Positions 9,158 through 18,320 of a stretch of 64,000 nucleotides of DNA are shown one piece after another. A model generated the notes under the pieces. The model saw only the letters and a program-made list of their open reading frames with translations. It was not told the DNA's origin and searched no databases. The position numbers were made by a program, and so were the translations under genes. The first letter of the stretch is position 1. Each line of letters begins with the position of its first letter. The stretch comes from Alphaproteobacteria bacterium (GTDB lineage Bacteria; Pseudomonadota; Alphaproteobacteria; SP197): NCBI GenBank assembly GCA_965200215.1, contig OZ241369.1, forward strand, positions 1,027,787-1,091,786. Reading direction: 5' to 3'.

Positions 9158-10123
9158 TCAGGAGGGGGCGGTGGCCAGCAGGCGATCGACGGTGGCCAGG
9201 GGCAGCACGGCCTCGCCCGCCAGCACGGCGCCGTAATCGGCCTCGATGGCTTCGAGCTGGCGGTCGTAGACCTCCGCCAGGGCGGACAGCAGCAGGCCGC
9301 GGCCGGCGGTCTCCCCGGCCAGGCGCGCCAGATCGCCGGCGCCGCGGGCGCGCCGCTCCCTGGCGCGGGCGGCGACGGCCGCCACCAGCGGCGCCAGCGC
9401 CGCCACGGCATCCCTGCCGCCGGCGCGGGCGGCGCGGCGCAGCGCGGCGCGGGTGAGGCCGTGGGCACGCAGCAGATCGGCCGGCAGCGTGAGGTGCTGC
9501 GGCGCCCGCCGGGCGTCGGCGCCGAGATCGCGCAGGATGTGGACCAGATAGCTGAAGACGGCCAGGTGACGCGCATAGTCGCTGCAGGGGCGCGACAGGG
9601 GGGCGGTGCCGTCCGGCCGGCAGGCCAGGATGAAGACGAACAGCGCCGCCGGGGCGACGGCCGCGCCCTCGGCATAGTCCAGGAAGTCGCCCCAGCTGGC
9701 CAGCGGCCGTTCCTCCACGTCGCGGCGCAGGGCCGCCGCCAGGGCGCGGAACGGCGCCGGTCCCATGGCGCTTCTGCCCAGCGTAGCGTCGATGGCGGCG
9801 AATACGGTGTCGTCGTCGCCCGTGGCGCCGCCGCGGTAGCGGCCGCCGGCGGCGGCTTCGGCATGGCGCTGCCAGGCGGCGAGGCGCGCCGCCATGGCCG
9901 GGCGGGCGGCGCGCCGCGCGGCGGCATCGAGGCGCAGGAAGCCCTCGTCGACCGCGTCGTCGATGGAGCGCATGGCGCAATAGGCCGGGAAGAAGAGGGC
10001 ACGGCGGAAGGGCGACAGGCGGGCGGCGAGCCGCGTGACGTTGCTGGGCCTGGCCGCGACGAAGGCGGCACACCAGGCCCCGGCCGCCTCGATGTCCACA
10101 CGCGCCATCGCCCGTCCCCGCAA
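9158..10123 (-). CDS. squalene/phytoene synthase family protein (HpnD/CrtB-like)
   Basis: ORF track. Asp-rich motif YCAMRSIDDAVDE. Size and Ala/Arg-rich helical pattern typical of trans-isoprenyl diphosphate synthase head-to-head enzymes. Confidence 0.6.
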   Translation of the reverse strand: MRGRAMARVDIEAAGAWCAAFVAARPSNVTRLAARLSPFRRALFFPAYCAMRSIDDAVDEGFLRLDAAARRAARPAMAARLAAWQRHAEAAAGGRYRGGATGDDDTVFAAIDATLGRSAMGPAPFRALAAALRRDVEERPLASWGDFLDYAEGAAVAPAALFVFILACRPDGTAPLSRPCSDYARHLAVFSYLVHILRDLGADARRAPQHLTLPADLLRAHGLTRAALRRAARAGGRDAVAALAPLVAAVAARARERRARGAGDLARLAGETAGRGLLLSALAEVYDRQLEAIEADYGAVLAGEAVLPLATVDRLLATAPS

Positions 10124-10194
10124 AGCCGCGCCCGTTTGTAGCCCGGCCGGCGGCGTTCTGGCGAGGGCCGGGCAGGGTTTAGGCGGGGGTGGGG

Positions 10195-10540
10195 GTGGTG
10201 GGGGTGTGCCTGGCGGTGGTTAGTGGCTAGTGGCTAGTGGCTAGTGGCCAGTAGCCAGTGGTCAGTGGCCAGGTGCCAGTGGTGCGAGCGGTGCCTGGCG
10301 GTGGGGGTGGGGCGTTGACGGGCCTTTGGCCCGTTTGCCGGCGGGACGCCGGCGCTCCCAGGGGGCGGGACGCTCGGTCGGTGCCTGGGGGCGGGACGCT
10401 GGCGGGGGTGCCTGGTGGTGGGCGGGGGTGCGTGGGCGGGCCGGACGGCCTGGCGGGGGCTTGTGGCTGGCGGCGGTGCCTGGGGGCGTGTGGCTGGCGA
10501 TGGTGGCTGGGGGTGGGTTTACTTCGCCTTTGGGGGCGGC
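10195..10540. repeat. composite GC-rich repeat element
   Basis: Heptamer array 10200-10290 + core. Confidence 0.7.
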
Positions 10541-10569
10541 GAGGCTGGCGGCCTCCTGGGCGAGCCGCC

Positions 10570-11244
10570 ATGAACGACGCTCCTCGCAGACCGGTCCGTC
10601 CGCGCGATGCCGCCAGCGTCGTGCTGCTGCGCGGCGACGGGCCCGAGGTGCTGATGGGCCGGCGGCGGCGGCGCGCCAGCTTTCTGCCGGAGATCTACGT
10701 CTTCCCCGGCGGCGGGGTGGAGGGCGCGGACCGCCTGGCGCCGGCGGGAATGCGGCCCGGGGCCGGGACCGAAAGGCTGCTGCGCCGCCACGGCGCCAGG
10801 GCGCCGGCGCTGGCGCTGACGCTGGCCGCCCTGCGCGAGACCTACGAGGAGAGCGGCTATCTGCTCGCCCGGCCGGGCGGCGGCCTCGACGGCGCGCCCG
10901 CCACCCCCTTCTGGCAGGCGCTGCGCCGGGCGCGGGCGCTGCCGGACCTGGAGCGGCTGGAGTTCATCGCCCGGGCGCTGACCCCGATCTCCTCGCCCAG
11001 GCGCTTCAACACCCGCTTCTTCCTGGCCGCCGGCGACGATCTGCGGGGAGCGCCGCTGGTCGGCGGCGAGCTGGAAGACCTGTGCTGGCGGCCGCTCGAC
11101 CAGGCCCTGCGGCTGCCGATCATCGACGTCACCCGCTTCGTCCTGGGCGAGGCGCTGCGGCGCCGGCGCCAGGGCGGCGGCCAGCGCCGCAGCGCGCCCT
11201 TCCTGCGCTATGTCGGCGACCGCCTGGTCGTCCGGCCCCTGTAG
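10570..11244 (+). CDS. NUDIX hydrolase
   Basis: ATG at 10570 within ORF 10258..11244. Nudix box ALRETYEESGY. Confidence 0.75.
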   Translation: MNDAPRRPVRPRDAASVVLLRGDGPEVLMGRRRRRASFLPEIYVFPGGGVEGADRLAPAGMRPGAGTERLLRRHGARAPALALTLAALRETYEESGYLLARPGGGLDGAPATPFWQALRRARALPDLERLEFIARALTPISSPRRFNTRFFLAAGDDLRGAPLVGGELEDLCWRPLDQALRLPIIDVTRFVLGEALRRRRQGGGQRRSAPFLRYVGDRLVVRPL

Positions 11245-11259
11245 GCGGCGTGCCCGGAC

Positions 11260-12477
11260 GTGTTCGATCAGGGCGTGACATCGCGCGAGCGGGTGCTGTG
11301 CCTGATCGCCCTGATCGGGGCGCTGTCGGTGGTGGCGACCACCAGCTCGCTGACCTGGCCGATCCTGGCCGAATCGCTGCGCAACCGGGGCTTCGGCGAG
11401 GCCGCCATCAGCCTCAACGCGGCCGCCCAGTTCGCCGGCATGGTGGTGGTGGCGCTGGCCGCCACGGCCGTCATCCCGCGGCTGGGCTTCTTCCGCTCCA
11501 TCGCGCTGGGGTGCGCCCTGGTGGCGGCGATGCTGATCCTGCTGCCGCTGTGGCGCGACTATCAGGCCTGGTTCGCGGTCCGCTTTCTGCTGGGGGTGGG
11601 CAATTCGCTGCTGTTCACCGCCGGCGATACCTGGATCAACCAGATCCTCGACGACCGGGTGCGTGGGCGCTGGCTCGGCATCTACAGCACCGTCGGCATG
11701 GCCGGCTGGGCGGTGGGGCCGATCATCGGCTCGCAGCTCGACCCGGAGACCTTCTGGCCCTTTCTGTGCGGGCTGGGCGCGGTGGCCATGGGCGTGGCGC
11801 TGCTGCTGCCGGCGCGGCGCATCCATGTCGGCTTCGCTGTCGAGGACAAGCGCGGCGCCGGGCCGGGGGCGCTGCTGCCGGTGTTCCTGGCCGCGCCCAC
11901 GGTGCTGCTGTCCTCGGCCATGTTCGGGATCCTGGAAGGGGGGATGCAGTCCTTCGCGCATCTCTACACCATGGACGTGCTGGGCCAGGAGTTCCGCCAG
12001 ACCGGCTATGCCGTCATCTGGGTGGGGTCGCTGGGGGCGGTCTTCTTCCAGTATCCGGCGGGCTGGCTGGCCGACAAGGTGGACCGGGGCTGGCTGCTGG
12101 TGGCCTGCGTGTTCGTGCTGGCGGCCGCCATCGCCGCCTTTCCGGCGCTGCTGGCCGGCGGCACGGGGCCGTGGTGGGCGCCGCAGGGCCTGCTGCTGTG
12201 GGGGCTGGTGTCGCTGTGGGGCGGCACCATGGGGGCGATCTTCACGGTCGGCATCACGCTGCTGGGCGAACGCTTCCGAGCCGTCGAGCTGGTGGCGGCC
12301 AACGCCGTGTTCTCGCTGCTGTTCGGCATCGGCGGCATGGCCGGGCCGGTGGCGGTGGGCACGGCGATGGACGGCTTCGGCCCGGCCGGCTTTCCGGCGA
12401 CGCTGGCAGCCGCCACCCTGCTCTACGGCGCCTTCGCCGCCTGGCGCCAGGCGACGCGGAGGCGGCGGGCTGGGTAG
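11260..12477 (+). CDS. MFS transporter
   Basis: ORF track. About 12 predicted TM segments. Typical MFS loop motif DRVRGRWLG. Confidence 0.8.
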   Translation: MFDQGVTSRERVLCLIALIGALSVVATTSSLTWPILAESLRNRGFGEAAISLNAAAQFAGMVVVALAATAVIPRLGFFRSIALGCALVAAMLILLPLWRDYQAWFAVRFLLGVGNSLLFTAGDTWINQILDDRVRGRWLGIYSTVGMAGWAVGPIIGSQLDPETFWPFLCGLGAVAMGVALLLPARRIHVGFAVEDKRGAGPGALLPVFLAAPTVLLSSAMFGILEGGMQSFAHLYTMDVLGQEFRQTGYAVIWVGSLGAVFFQYPAGWLADKVDRGWLLVACVFVLAAAIAAFPALLAGGTGPWWAPQGLLLWGLVSLWGGTMGAIFTVGITLLGERFRAVELVAANAVFSLLFGIGGMAGPVAVGTAMDGFGPAGFPATLAAATLLYGAFAAWRQATRRRRAG

Positions 12478-12800
12478 TGGGTGGCCGGTGGTCGGTGGTC
12501 AGTGGCTAGTGGTTAGTGAGAGCGGGTGGTGGGGGTGGTGCCTGGCGGTGGGGTGTGGTGCGTCGGCGGGCCTTCGGCCCGTTGCTGGCGGGACGCCGGC
12601 GCTCGGGGAACGGTGTGTGGGCGGGCCTGGCGGCCCGCCGGGGGGCGGGACGCTCGGTCGGTGCCTGGGGGCGATGGGTGGCTGGCGGTGGTGCCTGGGG
12701 GCGATGGGTGGCTGGCGGTGGTGCCTGGGGGCGATGGGTGGCTGGTGGCGGTGCCTGGGGGCGATGGGTGGCTGGTGGCGGTGCCTGGTGGTGAAGGGGG
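12478..12800. repeat. composite repeat element with internal 30-bp tandem repeat (GTGCCTGGGGGCGATGGGTGGCTGGCGGTG x4.3, 12661..12795)
   Basis: Direct inspection. Confidence 0.8.
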
Positions 12801-12813
12801 CGCTTGACAGTTT

Positions 12814-12841
12814 GGGTGGGGGCGCTATCGTTGGCCTTCGG
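12814..12841 (+). promoter_or_regulatory. putative sigma70-type promoter of rpmG (TTGACA-16-TATCGT)
   Basis: Hexamers found by eye about 20 nt upstream of the rpmG start. Confidence 0.4.
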
Positions 12842-12860
12842 GCCCTAGGCGGAGGCGGCT

Positions 12861-13028
12861 ATGGCGAAGCCCAATACCATTCTCATCAAGCTCGAAAGCA
12901 CCGCCGACAGCGGCTATTTCTACGTCACCCGGAAGAATCCGCGCACCCATAGCGGCAAGCTCTCCCTGCGCAAATACGACCCGCGCGCCCGCAAGCACGT
13001 GCTGTTCAAGGAAACGAAGCTGAAATAG
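12861..13028 (+). CDS. rpmG: 50S ribosomal protein L33
   Basis: Own translation [63 protein letters not shown]. Below the 60-aa cutoff of the ORF track. Confidence 0.9.
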   Translation: MAKPNTILIKLESTADSGYFYVTRKNPRTHSGKLSLRKYDPRARKHVLFKETKLK

Positions 13029-13077
13029 GGCGGCCTTGACAGGCCGGCGGCGGCGCCCCTAGGGAAGGCCGGCGGGC

Positions 13078-13155
13078 GGTGGCTATAGCTCAGCAGGTTA
13101 GAGCGCCTGGTTGTGGTCCAGGAGGCCGTCGGTTCGAATCCGACTAGCCACCCCA
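13078..13155 (+). tRNA. tRNA-His (anticodon GTG) with encoded G-1 and CCA
   Basis: Cloverleaf by eye: GGTGGCTA / D-arm GCTCAGCAGGTTAGAGC / anticodon stem CCTGG-TTGTGGT-CCAGG / T-arm GTCGGTTCGAATCCGAC / TAGCCACC-CCA. Very similar to E. coli tRNA-His. Confidence 0.9.
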
Positions 13156-13209
13156 GCCCGCGGCGGCACGGCGGTTGCCTTGCGGGCGGCGGTCTGTTGT
13201 CATGGCGCC

Positions 13210-13701
13210 ATGCTGCGCCTCCTCGCCGCCGCCGTTCTCGCCACCCTGCCGCTGGCCGCCGGGCAGGCGGGCTGCACCGATCTGCCGGCGGCGGGCATCG
13301 ACTGGCGCGGCTGCAACCTCTCGGGCCGGGATTTTCCCGACGCCGTCATGGCCGGCGGCAATCTGCGCGGGGCAGCGCTGAGCAACGCCGATCTCTCGGG
13401 CAGCGATTTTTCCGACATCGACGGCTACCGGGTCCGCTTCGTCGAATCCGACCTTTCCCGCAGCCGGTTCGACGGCGCGACGCTGACCGACGCCCGTTTC
13501 GACCGGGCGCGGCTGGCCGGGGCCTCGCTGCGCGGCATCAAGGCGCGGGGCGCCAAATTCCTGTTCGCCGACCTTTCGGGGGTGGATCTGACCGGCGCCA
13601 ATCTGCGCGACGCCGACTTCACCGGCGCCGACCTCTCCGGGGCGCGGTGGACCGACGGCGCCAAGCTGTGCGCCGAAGGCTCGTTCGGCGTCTGCCACTG
13701 A
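13210..13701 (+). CDS. pentapeptide-repeat protein with signal peptide
   Basis: ATG 13210 (MLRLLAAAVLATLPLAAGQAG). Start is after the tRNA rather than the overlapping ORF-track start 13111. Many A(D/N)LSG pentapeptide repeats. Confidence 0.7.
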   Translation: MLRLLAAAVLATLPLAAGQAGCTDLPAAGIDWRGCNLSGRDFPDAVMAGGNLRGAALSNADLSGSDFSDIDGYRVRFVESDLSRSRFDGATLTDARFDRARLAGASLRGIKARGAKFLFADLSGVDLTGANLRDADFTGADLSGARWTDGAKLCAEGSFGVCH

Positions 13702-13756
13702 GGTGGTCGGTAGCCAGTGGTCGGTAGCCAGTGGTCGGTGACGGGAGGAGGGAAGG

Positions 13757-14932
13757 ATGACGCTGGCGGAACTGACGGGCGCGCTTCGCGCCCTGGCCGA
13801 AGGCCCCTTCGAGGAAGCCCGCGCGGCGCCGCCCGGCATCTACAGCTCGCCGCAATTCCTGGACCTGGAGCAGCGCCACATCTTCGCGAAGGAATGGATC
13901 TGCGCCGGGCGGGCCGAGACGCTGGCGAAGGCGGGCGACTATCTCACCATGGAGATCGCCGGGCAGCCGGTGCTGGTCGTCAAGGGGCGCGACGGCACCA
14001 TCCGCGCCTTCTCCAATGTCTGCCTGCACCGCATGAGCGTGCTGCTGGAAGGGCGCGGCAACCGCAGGACCGTCTCCTGCCCCTATCACGCCTGGAGCTA
14101 CGACCTCGACGGGCGGCTGCTGGCCGCCCCTCACATGGAGAAAAGCCCCGCCTTCCGCCGCCGCGACTACCGGCTGCCCCAACTGCGCTGCGAGCTGTGG
14201 GAGGGCTGGATCTACGTCTCGCTCGACCCCGACATCGAGCCGGTGGCAAGGCGCCTGCGGGCGGTGAAGGAGACGGTGACCGGCCGCTACCGTTTCGAGG
14301 ACTACCGGGAGGCGTGGCGCGAGGAGCGCGTCTGGAACGCCAACTGGAAGATCCTGGCCGAGAATTTCATGGAGAGCTACCACCTGTTCCGGCTTCACCG
14401 CGCCACGGTGGGGCCGCAATCGCGGGTGGACGAGATGCGGATGCCGGCCGGCGGGGCCGCCTTCAACCACCACTGGATCACCAAGGAATCGGATTTCACG
14501 CTGGCCAACGCCCATCCCGACTGCGGCTATCTGGAGGGCGAATGGCGGCGCACCACGGCGCTGATCACCATCTATCCCAGCCACATGATCACGCTGACGC
14601 CGGGCTATTTCTGGTATCTGGTGCTGCAACCCGACGGCAGCGAGCGGGTGCGGATCCTCTATGGCGGCGGCATGGCGCCCGACTTCGCCGCCGACGCCAG
14701 GGGCGCCGAGCATATCGGGGCCGCCAGGGCGCTGCTGGACGCGGTCAACGAGGAGGACCGGGTGGGCGTGGAGGCGGTCATGCGCGGCATGAAGGCCAGG
14801 CTCGCCCGCCCCGGCCATCTGAGCCATCTGGAGCGGCCCAATTTCGAGTTCTGGCAATATATCGCCCGCCGGGTGGCCGGCAGCGAGGCTGGGCCGGGGG
14901 CTAGTGGCCAGTGGCCGGGGGCTAGTGGTTAG
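13757..14932 (+). CDS. Rieske (2Fe-2S) ring-hydroxylating oxygenase alpha subunit family protein
   Basis: ORF track. Rieske motif CLHR...CPYHAW. Last approximately 7 codons and stop lie inside a heptamer array. Confidence 0.8.
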   Translation: MTLAELTGALRALAEGPFEEARAAPPGIYSSPQFLDLEQRHIFAKEWICAGRAETLAKAGDYLTMEIAGQPVLVVKGRDGTIRAFSNVCLHRMSVLLEGRGNRRTVSCPYHAWSYDLDGRLLAAPHMEKSPAFRRRDYRLPQLRCELWEGWIYVSLDPDIEPVARRLRAVKETVTGRYRFEDYREAWREERVWNANWKILAENFMESYHLFRLHRATVGPQSRVDEMRMPAGGAAFNHHWITKESDFTLANAHPDCGYLEGEWRRTTALITIYPSHMITLTPGYFWYLVLQPDGSERVRILYGGGMAPDFAADARGAEHIGAARALLDAVNEEDRVGVEAVMRGMKARLARPGHLSHLERPNFEFWQYIARRVAGSEAGPGASGQWPGASG

Positions 14933-15135
14933 TGGTTAGTGGTTAGTGGTTAGTGGTTAGTGGTTAGTGAGAGCGGGGGTGGGGGTGGTGCCTGGCGGTG
15001 GGCGGTGGTGCGTTGACGGGCCTGCGGCCCGTTGCCGGCGGGACGCCGGCGCTCCCAGGGGGCGTGACGCTGGCGGCGGTGCCTGGGGGGCGCGGGTGAC
15101 GGACGGCGGTGGCTGGGGGGCGCGGGTGGCCGGAT
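14880..15135. repeat. composite GC-rich repeat element
   Basis: Heptamer array (GGTTAGT x6) + core. Confidence 0.7.
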
Positions 15136-15157
15136 GGCGCGCTAGCGGTGGGGTGGG

Positions 15158-16126
15158 GTGACGAAGCCGGTGGTGTTCGTCACCCGCCGCCTGCCCGAAG
15201 CGGTGGAAGAGAGGCTGCGGCGCGACTGGCGGGCGCGCCTCAACGGCAGCGACCGCCTGCTGGGCGGCGACGAGATCGTGGCCGGCAGCCGCGGCGCCGA
15301 CGCCATCCTCGCCTGCCCCAGCGAGCGGCTGACGGGCGAGATCGTCCGCCGCCTCGACGCCAGCGTGAAGATCATCGCCACCTTTTCGGTGGGCTTCGAG
15401 CATATCGACATCGCGGCGGCGGGCGAGCGCGGCATCGTCGTCACCAACACCCCCGACGTGCTGACCGACGCCACGGCCGATATCGCCATGCTGCTGATCC
15501 TGGGGGCCGCCAGGCGCGCCCCCGAGGGCCAGGCGATGCTGCGCGAGGGGCGCTGGGGCGTCTGGACGCCCACCGCCCTGCGCGGCGTCCACGTCACCGG
15601 CAGCCGCCTGGGCATCCTGGGCATGGGCAGGATCGGCCAGGCGCTGGCGAGGCGGGCGCGCGGCTTCGCCATGGAGGTGCACTATCACAACCGCCGCCGC
15701 CTGGCGGCGGACCGGGAGGGGGGCGCCCGCTTCCACCCCAGCCTCGACGGCCTGCTGGCGGTCAGCGACATCCTCTCCATCCACTGCCCTTCGACGCCCG
15801 AGACCGCCGGCCTGATCGACCGGCGGCGCATCCGGCAGCTGCCGCAGGGGGCGATCGTGGTCAACACGGCGAGGGGCGACATCGTCTGCGACGAGGCGCT
15901 GATCGCGGCGCTGCGAGGCGGGCGGCTCAGCGCCGCCGGCCTCGACGTCTATGCCGGCGAGCCGGACCTGCATCCCGGCTATCTGGGGCTGGGCAACGCC
16001 TTCCTGCTGCCGCATATGGGCAGCGCCACGATGGCGACCCGCGACGCCATGGGCTTTCGCGCCCTGGACAATCTGGACGCCTTCTTTGCCGGGCGGGAGG
16101 CGTTGGATCGGGTGGGTGGGGGTTAG
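15158..16126 (+). CDS. D-isomer-specific 2-hydroxyacid dehydrogenase (glyoxylate/hydroxypyruvate reductase-like)
   Basis: ORF track (GTG start). NAD motif GILGMGRIGQA and catalytic region. Confidence 0.8.
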   Translation: MTKPVVFVTRRLPEAVEERLRRDWRARLNGSDRLLGGDEIVAGSRGADAILACPSERLTGEIVRRLDASVKIIATFSVGFEHIDIAAAGERGIVVTNTPDVLTDATADIAMLLILGAARRAPEGQAMLREGRWGVWTPTALRGVHVTGSRLGILGMGRIGQALARRARGFAMEVHYHNRRRLAADREGGARFHPSLDGLLAVSDILSIHCPSTPETAGLIDRRRIRQLPQGAIVVNTARGDIVCDEALIAALRGGRLSAAGLDVYAGEPDLHPGYLGLGNAFLLPHMGSATMATRDAMGFRALDNLDAFFAGREALDRVGGG

Positions 16127-16129
16127 TGG

Positions 16130-16460
16130 GTGGGGGTTAGTGGCTAGTGGTTAGTGGCCGGTGGCCGGTGGCTAGTGGTTAGTGGTTAGTGGGAGCGGGT
16201 GGTGGCGGCGGTGCCTGGCGGTGGGGGCGGTGCGTCGGCGGGCCTCCGGCGCTCCCAGGGGGGCGCGGGTGGCACCGGCGGTGCCTGGGGGCGGGCTTCG
16301 CCGGTGGTGCCTGGCGGCGGACGCCGGCGCTCGGGGGAATTTCGTGCGCGGGCGGGCCTTGCGGCCCGCCGGGGGGCGGGACGCTCGGGCGGTGCCTGGC
16401 GGCGGGATGCTGGCGCTCCCAGGGGGCGGTGGCACCGGCGGTGGCCGGGGGTGCCGCTAG
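16130..16460. repeat. composite GC-rich repeat element
   Basis: Heptamers + two cores. Confidence 0.7.
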
Positions 16461-17362
16461 TGTGGCGGTGGGGCGAAGCGGGCCATGGCGGCCGCCATGC
16501 GCTCCAGCAGCGCCTGCCTTTCCAGGTCCACGACCCTGCGGTGCGGCCCCCGGCCGGCGGCGATGACGGTGCGCCCGCGCTCGGCCCCCGTCAGCACCAC
16601 GTCGACGCCGCACGGCTCCAGGGTGAACAGTTCGGGCCACAGCAGCAGCGCCGTCACCACCGGGTCGTGGAGGGGAAGCGGCGCGGCGCGCCACATGGCG
16701 GCCAGCGCCCTGCCCGGCGCGCCGAAGGAAGCCATGGCCTCGAACCAGCCGGGCGCGGGCAGAAGGCTGCGGGTGACGTCGAGGGTGACGAGGGTGACGG
16801 GCGCGACGGACGCGAACACCCGCGCCGCGGCCTCGGGGTCGGCATGGATGTTGAACTCGGCATGGGGGGTGACGTTGCCCCGCCCGGCGGCGCCGCCCAT
16901 GGCGACCAGGCGGGCGATGGCGCCGGCGATGGCGGGGCTGCGCTCCAGGGCCGCGGCGAGGTTGGTGAGCGGCCCCAGCGCCGCCACGGCAAGCGGCGCC
17001 CCGGCGGCCGGCAGCAGGCGCGTCAGGGCCGCCACCGCATGGGGCGGCTGCGGCGGGCGGCGGGGCGCGGGAAGGCCCGAGGCGCCCAGCCCGTCGGCGC
17101 CGTGGACGTGCTCGGCCGTGACGGCGGCGCCCGCCAGCGGCCGCGCGCAGCCGGCATGGACCGGGATGTCGCCGCGCCCGGCCGCCTCGACGATGCGCCT
17201 GGCGTTGCGGGCGGTCTGCGCCACCGCCACATTGCCGGCGACGGCGGTGACGGCGAGAAGGCGCAGCGACTCCGGCATGGCCAGGGCCAGGAAGAGGGCG
17301 AAGGCGTCGTCCTTGCCGGGATCGCAGTCGAAGATGATTGGGAGGGGCGGGGTGGGCGGCAT
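16457..17362 (-). CDS. inosine-uridine preferring nucleoside hydrolase family protein
   Basis: ORF track. N-terminal DCDPGKDD motif. Confidence 0.8.
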   Translation of the reverse strand: MPPTPPLPIIFDCDPGKDDAFALFLALAMPESLRLLAVTAVAGNVAVAQTARNARRIVEAAGRGDIPVHAGCARPLAGAAVTAEHVHGADGLGASGLPAPRRPPQPPHAVAALTRLLPAAGAPLAVAALGPLTNLAAALERSPAIAGAIARLVAMGGAAGRGNVTPHAEFNIHADPEAAARVFASVAPVTLVTLDVTRSLLPAPGWFEAMASFGAPGRALAAMWRAAPLPLHDPVVTALLLWPELFTLEPCGVDVVLTGAERGRTVIAAGRGPHRRVVDLERQALLERMAAAMARFAPPPH

Positions 17363-17374
17363 GGGTGGTGGTTA

Positions 17375-17625
17375 GTGGATAGTGGGCGGTGGTCGGTGGC
17401 TAGTGGCCGGTGGCCGGTGGCTAGTGGTTAGTGGGAGCGGGTGGTGGCGGTGGTGCCTGGCGGTGGGCTTGTGGTGCGTTGACGGGCCTTCGGCCCGTTT
17501 GCCGGCGGGACGCCGGCGCTCCCAGGGGGCGGGACGCTCGGCCGGTGCTTGGGGGGTGGCGGGTGGCTGATGGTGGTGCCTGGCGGTGGGGGCGTTGGTG
17601 GTGCCGGGGGGTGGGGCGCTGAAAA
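17375..17625. repeat. composite GC-rich repeat element
   Basis: Motifs. Confidence 0.7.
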
Positions 17626-17668
17626 CCTTGGACGTGCTTCTCCCTGCTCGCCATCGTATGTCATTGCG

Positions 17669-18196
17669 ATGAGGCGCGCGATCATCGGTTTTCATCGCGA
17701 CGAGGACGGCGACTGGGTCGCGGAGCTCGATTGCGGTCACGGCCGGCACGCACGCCATCGGCCGCCCTTCGCGAACCGCCCGTGGGCCGTGGGCGATGCC
17801 GGGCGGGAGGCGATGCTCGGCGTCGAACTCGACTGCGGGCGCTGCGACCGGATGGAGTGGCCGGACGGGTATGCCGCCTATCGCCGGACGCCGGAGTTCG
17901 ACGAGACGACGGTGCCGGCCGGACTCACATCCGAACACGCCACGAAGCGCGGCATATGGGCGCGGATCCACGTGCTGTCCGGGGCGGTGCTCTATCACGC
18001 CGGCCCGCCGATCGGCCGCTCGTTGCGGGTCGATCCGGCGTCGAGCGCGGTCATCGTCCCGGAAGTGCGGCATCGGGTGGAGCCGGAAGGCCCGGTCCGG
18101 TTCTTCGTCGAGTTCTGGCGGGCGAAACGGGGGGCGGGGGGGGGGGGTGGCCGGTGGCCAGTAGCCGGTGGCCAGTGGTCGGTGGTTAGTGGTTAG
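17669..18196 (+). CDS. DUF3565 + DUF1971 (YeaR/TehB-N-terminal-like) fusion protein
   Basis: ATG 17669 in frame of ORF 17549..18196. GHGRHARHRPPF and TSEHATKRGIWARIHVLSGAVLYH resemble those DUF families (from memory). C-terminus runs into a heptamer array. Confidence 0.5.
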   Translation: MRRAIIGFHRDEDGDWVAELDCGHGRHARHRPPFANRPWAVGDAGREAMLGVELDCGRCDRMEWPDGYAAYRRTPEFDETTVPAGLTSEHATKRGIWARIHVLSGAVLYHAGPPIGRSLRVDPASSAVIVPEVRHRVEPEGPVRFFVEFWRAKRGAGGGGGRWPVAGGQWSVVSG

Positions 18197-18320
18197 TGAG
18201 AGCGGGGGGTGGGGGCGGTGCCTGGCGGTGGTGGGAGTGCGTTGACGGGCCTGCGGCCCGTTTGCCGGCGTGACGCCGGCGCTCCCAGGGGGCGCGGGTG
18301 CCTGGCGGTCTGTGGGCGGC

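Noticed and set aside
8634-10141. ORFs 8634..10073(-), 8971..10101(-) and 8981..10141(+) overlapping the squalene/phytoene-synthase-like gene and the repeat cluster
   Set aside because: Same GC-bias artefact. Only the 9158..10123(-) frame shows a recognisable enzyme motif.
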